Positions 44,448 to 51,051 of a stretch of 51,051 bases of DNA are shown here, in pieces (within the stretch, counting starts at the first letter, position 1; the number at the start of each line of letters is the position of its first letter). Under the pieces are notes generated by a model. The model saw only the letters and a program-made list of their open reading frames with translations. It was not told the origin of the DNA and did no database searches. The stretch covers positions 1 to 51,051 of the forward strand of contig CAZBOK010000001.1 of the NCBI GenBank assembly GCA_964493525.1, written 5' to 3'. The position numbers and the translations under genes are program-made. Origin of the DNA: an uncultured Phycisphaeraceae bacterium. Its GTDB lineage: Bacteria; Planctomycetota; B15-G4; JADJEK01.

Positions 44448-45527
44448 ATGGCGACGAACAGCCTTCCGATTGACAACCCCGGCACGAGCGCAACACTTGC
44501 ATATACACGCTCACGCGGCGCACTCTACATCGGGGACTCACTAGGCGCGATTACACGCAAACCACTCGTCGAATTCCGCGGCAAGGTTCAGCTCGTCTTT
44601 ACATCGCCACCATTTCCGCTTAATCGCAAGAAACGATACGGGAATCTCCATGGGGAAGAATATGTCGAGTGGCTCGCAGCCTATGCAGTGCCCCTCACCG
44701 AGTATCTGACCGCCAACGGGTCGATCGTGATCGAAGTGGGAAACGGATGGGATCCTGGCCAGCCCACCGTCTCAACTCTCGCCATCGAAGCACTCCTGGC
44801 GTTCAAGAAAAAAGCCCAACTACATCTATGTCAGGAATTCATCTGCTTCAATCCAGCGCGCCTGCCAAGCCCGGCCCAGTGGGTCACCATCGAGCGTTGC
44901 AGAGTAAAGGACGCCTTCACGCGAGTGTGGTGGATGTCTCCGACGCCGCGCCCCAAAGCGGATAACGGCCGTATCCTCACCGAATACAGTGATGCGATGC
45001 GGCGACTGCTAGCTCGAGGTACATACAACCCCGGAGCGCGCCCATCTGAGCATCACATTGGGGAGACTTCGTTTCTGGCGAACAATGGGGGGGCGATTCC
45101 ACCCAATGTGTTAATTCCTTCGGCCACCGCGCTGGCGCAGGAAATCCTAGCAGCGGAGAGCCAGATCACAGATGTCCTTACGATCGCAAATACGTCGATG
45201 GCCGATCCATATCAGCGCCACTGCCGAGAGAATCACATTCCTCAACATCCTGCGCGCATGCCAATGAAGCTTGTGCAGTTCTTCATCGACTTCCTGACTG
45301 ACCCTGGAGACGTCATACTCGATCCATTCGCGGGAACAAACTCCACAGGATTCGTCGCCGAACTCCGTGAGCGTCGATGGGTGGGTATTGAGGCCGATGA
45401 ACACTACGCCCGCACATCTGAAGAGCGTTTTAAGCATTACGAACTGACGGGCGTTAACCCTCTCTTTGGCGAATCGCCTCGACCTGCCTCGCAAAGCGGG
45501 CTCGGAGCACGTCAAGAAACGTCTTGA
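44448..45527 (+). CDS. Beta-class exocyclic-amino DNA methyltransferase (N4-C or N6-A), M.PvuII-like
   Basis: Motif IV 'LVFTSPPFPL' near the N-terminus and motif I 'VILDPFAGTNSTG' near the C-terminus (IV-TRD-I order). Other blocks: 'FNPARLPSPAQWV','RVKDAFTRVWW','NGGAIPPNVL','HPARMPMKLVQFFI'. SPPF is the variant I recall for M.PvuII (m4C). Confidence 0.85.
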   Translation: MATNSLPIDNPGTSATLAYTRSRGALYIGDSLGAITRKPLVEFRGKVQLVFTSPPFPLNRKKRYGNLHGEEYVEWLAAYAVPLTEYLTANGSIVIEVGNGWDPGQPTVSTLAIEALLAFKKKAQLHLCQEFICFNPARLPSPAQWVTIERCRVKDAFTRVWWMSPTPRPKADNGRILTEYSDAMRRLLARGTYNPGARPSEHHIGETSFLANNGGAIPPNVLIPSATALAQEILAAESQITDVLTIANTSMADPYQRHCRENHIPQHPARMPMKLVQFFIDFLTDPGDVILDPFAGTNSTGFVAELRERRWVGIEADEHYARTSEERFKHYELTGVNPLFGESPRPASQSGLGARQETS

Positions 45528-46143
45528 GCTGCTCGATTTCTGTAAGCGGAATCGGGCGCGAGCCGCCGTGTACTCCACGGGTGATGTCCGTGCGGTGGGT
45601 CCGCCCACACCATTCCTTCGCGTGACCTATTGCGGTTTCAATCGCACGCACGCGGTCATTTAGCTCGTTTGCGGTGTTCTTTGAGAGGCCGAGAAACGCA
45701 GCGGCTCCGAGCCAGGTCCGCGGCTCGTCGCGATCATCTAGCCACGCTCGAAACGGCGGACTCTCAACGAACGGCGCGATTGCAACGTAGATCGGTCCAG
45801 GCGACCGGGAAGAAGGACCTTCAATTCCTCGGCTACCGTGAATCGCGGCTGCTTCCGCCGCCCCTAGGTCTGTCAATCGATAATAGTTTGGCTTGGTCTT
45901 CTCAACAAATCGCCTCCGCACCGGATTGTCTTTCTTGGACTGGCCCATGATCTCCATCATGACTCGCTTGTGATCCGGGTGCGTTGTTTCGAACCCACGC
46001 AATCCAAATCGATTGTTGTCGCGACGCCATGCGGCGACGGTCAACTCCCATTCCGTGAATTCACGCTTACCGGCAGCCGCCAAGTCCGCAGCGGCTAGAA
46101 GGATCTCTTGCGTCGCAGTTCGCCTGTTCGTTGGCGAACTCAC
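45454..46143 (-). CDS. Hypothetical 229-aa protein, translationally coupled to the GHKL-ATPase gene
   Basis: The GTG start (46143-46141) overlaps the upstream TGA (46142-46140). The 3' end overlaps the convergent MTase gene by 74 bp. No motif recognised. Confidence 0.6.
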   Translation of the reverse strand: MSSPTNRRTATQEILLAAADLAAAGKREFTEWELTVAAWRRDNNRFGLRGFETTHPDHKRVMMEIMGQSKKDNPVRRRFVEKTKPNYYRLTDLGAAEAAAIHGSRGIEGPSSRSPGPIYVAIAPFVESPPFRAWLDDRDEPRTWLGAAAFLGLSKNTANELNDRVRAIETAIGHAKEWCGRTHRTDITRGVHGGSRPIPLTEIEQLKTFLDVLRARFARQVEAIRQREG

Positions 46144-48512
46144 GTCGCGCGATCTCCGGCATCGGCGAGCACGTCCGCGATGTTGTAGGCATCCTCAATG
46201 AACGGCGCACATTCGGTTTCCGCCGTGGCGAATCGCTCGCGAAACTGAAGTTCAGTCAACGGCGCCTCACGCGCCTGTTCGAATACCCACAGTCGCTTGA
46301 GAATCTCGAAACACTTTATTGCGACGAAGTGGTAGTAGGTTTCCGTCGCGATGCCGGCCATGCCCTTGCGTCCACCTCTTCCGCGACGCGCCTGAATCGA
46401 TTCCCGGCTATCCGGATTGATAAATATCACGTTCTCGAACGCCGGGTCAAAATCATTGATAGTCGGCAAGTGCTCAGATGGCATGATCGTGCGCTGTTCC
46501 AACGGATAGTGATCCATGCCCGGCGCGGACGTGCCGCAGAGCAAGATGATCGGGATCTCTCCTCCGGCATTACCACCAGTGCCTCGCCGTGGCAGAACTC
46601 GCTCCGATCCCACGCGCGCCAATGCCGATGCCGTATCGATCTGGTTGCTTCCCCAACGAACGCGAATGGTCGCGGTGCCTTCGCATGAACCGGATACGTA
46701 GAGACCATTACGACTGATCCGCCCCATGCCGATCTCATCGATGGAAGCGTCGTGTAGCAAGTCGTCTCTGACTCCCCCCGCCGTCATGTATTCGATCTTG
46801 ATGGCCAGGTGTTCGCCCTGCAGTAGTTGTCGGTCAGGGATGCCGGAGATGCTGGCACCCGTACAGCACACCAACTCGATCGTCACGCGATTCGACTTGA
46901 CGCTCCCATCTTCGCTTTCGAAGGACACGACCGTCTTGCCGACGGATAGGCCGGTCACTTGGTTCGAGGCGTCAACAGTAGCGTGGTTAGCCGGATCCAA
47001 CTTCGCAACAAGTCTCGGCGATGCGACGGGTCGGAGCTCTCCTGCGGCGGTCTGCTCAAACGCCTTCACTCGCAGTGGCACGGTTGCACCAACCGCGATC
47101 GCGATGCTTGCAGATCTCCCCTCAAGCTCTATGACGTTAACGAGATCGCCCCTCGGAGGAGATAGTGGGCGTGACTTCTTCGTGCCGTCCGTCCCGTCTC
47201 CTTGTTGCCCCTCGCCGGCACCCCGATCGCCGCGATCGCGCTCCTTCAGAAACCTGCGCATCAGATCGCGGAGCTTCTGAAGGCTTTCATTCACTTTGTC
47301 GCGATCCTCGGCCCGATGTTCCTTGGCCGTGGCCTGTTGGATTCTGTCCGCGAGTGTCTTGACCTGGGTGGCGGTCCAATCCTGGAGTCCGCGAATCAGT
47401 GGAGTATCGTTGAGTGACTTCCGATCCGCGCCAGTGACGTGCTCACCGTCAATAGCGGGAACTCGAAGCTCACCGAACACGAATCCTGAAGACGCGCCTG
47501 GACTCAGGTCCGCAACGCTCCAGAGGCCAACGACGTTCCTGTTGTTTCGGACCCGAATGACGTGGAGAGGTCGCATGTCCTCGGTACGTAATGACCGAGC
47601 ACTGGTACGTAGAGTGAGTACGCGGCTGCGGGCGTCGCCAGTACCCGTACGCACGGGGTCGCCGGTCTGAGGGTCGATTACTTCGTCGGGCACCGGAACC
47701 ACCAGTGTCTCAAGGAACCCAGGGAAAGGCTCAGGATATTCGACCTTCGCTGGCGAACCACCGATGATCTGTCCATCGACAATGAACCACACCGCGCAAG
47801 ACTCAAGGGTGAGCGCAGCTTGCGGATGCGTCTCAACGGACCGACGAATCTCCGCAGCTAGTCGGCGCACCGTTTCTTCCCTCGCGCGCGCCCAATCCTT
47901 CACAGAGTTTACCTGCGCGACCGTGTAGGTCTGTCGTGCATCGAACACTCTCTGTGCTTGTTCTGGCAAGTGATCGAATCGAAGCCCGATGTCGGCAAGC
48001 GCCTTGTCGAATTGCTTCCGAGGCACATCGACGCGCTGATCCTCGACAGCCTTTCCACCCTCGATCGCAATCCCAGGCTTAAATCGCGTGCGTTCGTTAT
48101 CGTTCTCATAACCCATCCGCGTTCGACGATGGTCATGGCACGATTCGAAGGAAGAATCCGAAGTCGAACCGAGCACCATGAAAGCCTTGCCGCCGTTGCC
48201 ATGCCCACCTTCGATGTCGGCAGCCTTGTCGCGAGCATTGGCAGTTGGATCCGACCATGTTTCCCATCTCATGAATTGGTCTGCAGTGGCTCCTGCGAAG
48301 TCAATAACAGCAATCGCCCTGTCGCCCGTGTTGACGGCGACAACTATCGTGCGCTGGTCCGGCTCCGTGATGCCGAGACGGCTGTATTGGTCCTTCGCAT
48401 TCTTGATCAGCTCAGGAAGTCCGTCCCTGACGCCCTGAAATCGGGACAAGAGCTGCATGAGCGTGTGGGGAACGTCGATCGGAATCCGTTCCCGGAACTG
48501 ATACCTTGCCAT
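46140..48512 (-). CDS. GHKL (Bergerat-fold) ATPase fused to two Big_2-like Ig domains and an unknown C-terminal domain
   Basis: N-box 'ELIKNAKDQ', degenerate G1 'IDFAGAT', G2 'GGHGNGGKAF'. Ig-like 'VGATVPLRVKA...ATVDASNQVTGLSVGKTVVSFESEDGSVKSNRVTIEL' and 'GEHLAIKIEY...ISRNGLYVSGSCEGTATIRV'. No signal peptide. ATG 48512 has GGGGA 6 nt upstream; ATG 48518 is an alternative. Confidence 0.7.
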   Translation of the reverse strand: MARYQFRERIPIDVPHTLMQLLSRFQGVRDGLPELIKNAKDQYSRLGITEPDQRTIVVAVNTGDRAIAVIDFAGATADQFMRWETWSDPTANARDKAADIEGGHGNGGKAFMVLGSTSDSSFESCHDHRRTRMGYENDNERTRFKPGIAIEGGKAVEDQRVDVPRKQFDKALADIGLRFDHLPEQAQRVFDARQTYTVAQVNSVKDWARAREETVRRLAAEIRRSVETHPQAALTLESCAVWFIVDGQIIGGSPAKVEYPEPFPGFLETLVVPVPDEVIDPQTGDPVRTGTGDARSRVLTLRTSARSLRTEDMRPLHVIRVRNNRNVVGLWSVADLSPGASSGFVFGELRVPAIDGEHVTGADRKSLNDTPLIRGLQDWTATQVKTLADRIQQATAKEHRAEDRDKVNESLQKLRDLMRRFLKERDRGDRGAGEGQQGDGTDGTKKSRPLSPPRGDLVNVIELEGRSASIAIAVGATVPLRVKAFEQTAAGELRPVASPRLVAKLDPANHATVDASNQVTGLSVGKTVVSFESEDGSVKSNRVTIELVCCTGASISGIPDRQLLQGEHLAIKIEYMTAGGVRDDLLHDASIDEIGMGRISRNGLYVSGSCEGTATIRVRWGSNQIDTASALARVGSERVLPRRGTGGNAGGEIPIILLCGTSAPGMDHYPLEQRTIMPSEHLPTINDFDPAFENVIFINPDSRESIQARRGRGGRKGMAGIATETYYHFVAIKCFEILKRLWVFEQAREAPLTELQFRERFATAETECAPFIEDAYNIADVLADAGDRAT

Positions 48513-49187
48513 ACACATTCCCCAAGCAGCAACTGCCGAGTAGCGCGAGGCAACGATTCCAACGACAACTAGCGAGCGCTTACGACTGCACCCGAGCGAT
48601 GAGGCGTGCTGTCAACTCCGCTGGATAACGACCGGATCTTCGTGATCCGATGCCCGGAAGTCAATCGGTCGGCGCTCAGTCGCCTCGTCGGTCGCTTTAC
48701 TGGCGCGCGGATGTATTCGGGACACTGTGGATTGGAATTGGAGCAAGAGTGTTCAACACCTCGCACCGAAGCCGGGCACGCTCGTCAGCGCCTCGCTAGT
48801 TTCGGGTGTTGTCGGCAGGGCAATCGACACCGACCCGTCCAAGTACTCGCCCTTCATGCGCGTCTTTGAGAGCCTTGTGCGATCACAAGCGACTGTCGAA
48901 CTGGAGCTTCCACTGTTGAGGCGGTCGCGGGAAGCCGTGGGATCCCTTGAACGCAGGTCACGCCTCTTCGTTGCCCGGGCTCGACATGCAGGACTCGTTC
49001 GACCCGCAATCCCTCGTGGCCACGAGAGCGATCGTCGAGGAGAAACTGCAGAAGAGGGGGCATGGTCCCACACAGGGCTCGGGTGACTCGGAGCGTTCAA
49101 AGCTCCCCGCGACCACGCTCCAGAGTACATGCACCTTTCAGGGATCGCGATACCGGGAGTCGCCCTCAGTTGCGAGGGCAGTGCAGC

Positions 49188-51051
49188 TCACACGAACGAT
49201 GACGGGATCGACCGCAACAAGTCCGATGCGGGCTGACCATGCCGCTTTGCTGCTCTCAACCCCACCACCGCCTCCATCACCGCATACTGCTCCCCGTCAA
49301 ACCCCGCGACAAACCTCCCACCTCTCACATCCCCGCGCATCTCCATCCTTCTCAGCACCCGCAGCACATCCCGCCACGGCACCTTCGAGAACGCCCAGCG
49401 CTCCTTGCTCGCCGTCATCCGGAACACGACGCCCGTCCTTCGGAGCAGCACGCGCGCGACGAACTCGGCGTCGGTCATCGCCAATTGAAGCGGCGCGCTC
49501 TCCGCTGACTCGACTCCCCGCAGCCGACTGAACCTTCCGGTCCCGCCCGAGCCGCGCACTCCCTCGAACAAGGCCCGCCTCCGCCGGCTCGGCGGAACGA
49601 TCAATCCGCGCACGGCGGCAAACGAGTCCGCCGTCGCCAGGCCGTGCGCGATCAACGACTGCAGCGCGGCCTCCAATTGGTTCGGAAGCAGCTTCGCCCT
49701 GCGCGCGATCTCCGCGGGGAACAGCGCGCCGTGCTGGTCGAGCAAGCCGAGCACTTCCTTCGCGTCGCCGCTCAACGCCTCGATCGTCTCCGGCGTCGTC
49801 GGCTCGGCGATCGACAGCCACTGATCCAAGTCGTCGCGCTTCACGAGCGTCATCGGCATCGCGCGCATCGATGCGTTGCCGGCGCCGAAGAATCGTCCCC
49901 ACGTGACCTCGCCGCCGAGCGTCAACTGGTCGAGCCACTCCCTCCGATACCCCTGCACCCGCGCGGGCAGGATCGTGCGCTCCCACTCGGGCGCGGGCGC
50001 TTCCCAGCCGGCGAGCTGCTCGATGACCGTCCGCACGCCGTGCGGGCCTTCGAGCCGGTGGCCTTCCGCCGCGTGCTGCCACTGCGCGAGGAACTGCTCG
50101 AACACCGCGGCGCTGACCGGCTCGATCTCCTTGCGCAATCGTTCGAGCATCCGGCGCCGGATGCGGATCAGCAGGCGTCGCTCGCACCAGCACTCGCGCC
50201 CGCGCCAGCGCGCGCGGAGCACGTGGCCTTCGGCATCGAGCTCCTTCAGCGTCAACAACTCGGCGTGCATCGAATCGCCGGGCTCGCTCGCGAAGACGGG
50301 CCCGAGCGCTTCGAGCCGGCCGCGCGTTACCGTCTTCTCGTCGCGGCTCGCTTCCGCCGCATACCAGCGCTCGCCGTCGCGCACGACGCGGCCGGCGGCG
50401 GCGAGCGCGTCGATCCACGGACGCCACGCGGTCGCCTCGCTTTCCGTCACGAACCCCATCCACGTCAGTGCCTCATGCACCTCCTCGGCATTCCTCGGAT
50501 CCGGCCACGCCTCGTCCTTCACCGCCATCACCGCCGCGTCGTCGAGTTCTCCCGCCTCCGCGTCCGACTCCGGCAGCACGCCGGCCGTGATCACCGCGCG
50601 CGTCCTGCGCTCCTCGAGCGGAGCGTCATCGAGGAACGCGTACGGCCGCGCGTTCACCACCTCGTGCGCGAGCGGCGACGGCTTCGGCGTGTCGACGAAG
50701 CGGGTTTCGATCGCGCCCGACTGCATCCCCGCGACGACCTCGAGCATCCCGTCGGCGTCCATCGATTCGTTCAGGCAGTCTTCGATCGTCTGCCGCACGA
50801 GCGGGTGCTCCATCGGCACCGGCAGGTCGGGAGTCGTCAGCGTCTCGGGGCACGCGTTCGCCTGCGGGAAGGCGGCGGTGAGGAAGTCGTTCGCGCGCAT
50901 CCGCTGCAGGATCAAAGGCACGCGCGCGCCGTTGTTCATGCGGTCCATCAACAGTGAACGGCCGACGTTCCAGCGCCAGCGGTTGCCGAAGATCGGCGTC
51001 TGCAGCACCGCCTGGATCAGCACGTCCTTCGCGCTGTTCGGATGCAGCAGC
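49188..51051 (-). CDS. lhr: Lhr-like large ATP-dependent helicase, C-terminal part (gene runs off the window)
   Basis: The frame stays open to the window edge. 'PIFGNRWRWNVGRSLL','LILQRMRANDFL','PLAHEVVNARPYAFLDDAPLEERRTRAV' are typical of the Lhr DEAD/H-associated and C-terminal domains. Confidence 0.7.
   Translation of the reverse strand, partial: LLHPNSAKDVLIQAVLQTPIFGNRWRWNVGRSLLMDRMNNGARVPLILQRMRANDFLTAAFPQANACPETLTTPDLPVPMEHPLVRQTIEDCLNESMDADGMLEVVAGMQSGAIETRFVDTPKPSPLAHEVVNARPYAFLDDAPLEERRTRAVITAGVLPESDAEAGELDDAAVMAVKDEAWPDPRNAEEVHEALTWMGFVTESEATAWRPWIDALAAAGRVVRDGERWYAAEASRDEKTVTRGRLEALGPVFASEPGDSMHAELLTLKELDAEGHVLRARWRGRECWCERRLLIRIRRRMLERLRKEIEPVSAAVFEQFLAQWQHAAEGHRLEGPHGVRTVIEQLAGWEAPAPEWERTILPARVQGYRREWLDQLTLGGEVTWGRFFGAGNASMRAMPMTLVKRDDLDQWLSIAEPTTPETIEALSGDAKEVLGLLDQHGALFPAEIARRAKLLPNQLEAALQSLIAHGLATADSFAAVRGLIVPPSRRRRALFEGVRGSGGTGRFSRLRGVESAESAPLQLAMTDAEFVARVLLRRTGVVFRMTASKERWAFSKVPWRDVLRVLRRMEMRGDVRGGRFVAGFDGEQYAVMEAVVGLRAAKRHGQPASDLLRSIPSSFV

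Larger units (their letters stand above)
44217..49187. other. Low-GC genomic islet (probable horizontally acquired defence-type module)
   Basis: Hand counts of 60-nt lines give 48-55 % GC inside (44401, 44581, 47701) versus 63-73 % outside (40081, 42961, 50101). The edges coincide with the M61 pseudogene start and the Lhr-like stop. Confidence 0.7.

Noticed and set aside
49018-49115. Possible tRNA gene or tRNA 3' fragment (T-arm-like ggagc-gttcaaa-gctcc followed by ccgcgacca).
   Set aside because: The loop does not fit the T54-Psi55-C56 register. The only upstream candidate 5' acceptor strand (gtcgagg) has a mismatch and gives an 80-nt molecule with no foldable D or anticodon arms. I keep it only as a possible att-like scar under the spacer finding.
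48727-49130. ORFs 48727..49086 (+, 119 aa) and 48753..49130 (-, 125 aa) in the islet's right-hand spacer.
   Set aside because: They are mutually overlapping on opposite strands, Ser/Arg/Pro-rich, without motifs, and use GTG or weak starts without an RBS. I cannot support either as a gene.

Overview
This is a high-GC bacterial chromosomal segment. Hand-counted 60-nt lines give about 63-73 % GC over most of the window. I call about 45 protein genes and see no rRNA, tRNA or CRISPR array. All functional calls come from motif recognition by eye; no database search was possible.

- **Stress and housekeeping genes.** These sit in short operons with ATGA/GTGA stop-start overlaps. They include two ECF-type sigma factors (one ECF42-like with a YciI/DGPF partner), a Zn-dependent alcohol dehydrogenase, NUDIX, DinB, Ohr, a VOC protein, cupins, three DUF1801 proteins, two DUF1579-like proteins and a histidine phosphatase.
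- **Secreted repeat proteins.** The set is unusually dense: an FG-GAP/VCBS protein, a 7-blade TolB-like propeller, a parallel beta-helix, a 7-blade propeller fused to 2 CHRD domains, a 14x FG-GAP giant and a 21-22-aa beta-solenoid. Alongside are two S41 proteases, one M61 protease and a tandem arylsulfotransferase-like pair. Five of the repeat proteins end in the same ~100-130-aa C-terminal module, which I cannot assign to any known sorting signal.
- **Phospholipase.** An 1162-aa membrane-embedded patatin/cPLA2-like phospholipase.
- **Decay and mobility traces.** An ISL3 transposase remnant, and a nonsense-interrupted, truncated M61 paralogue.
- **Best candidate for an undescribed system.** A ~5-kb low-GC islet lies at 44.2-49.2 kb. 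It carries a PvuII-like beta-class amino-methyltransferase. Convergent to it is a translationally coupled pair: a GHKL-ATPase / 2x Ig-like (Big_2) / unknown-domain protein and an unassignable 229-aa protein. No recognisable restriction endonuclease or integrase is present.
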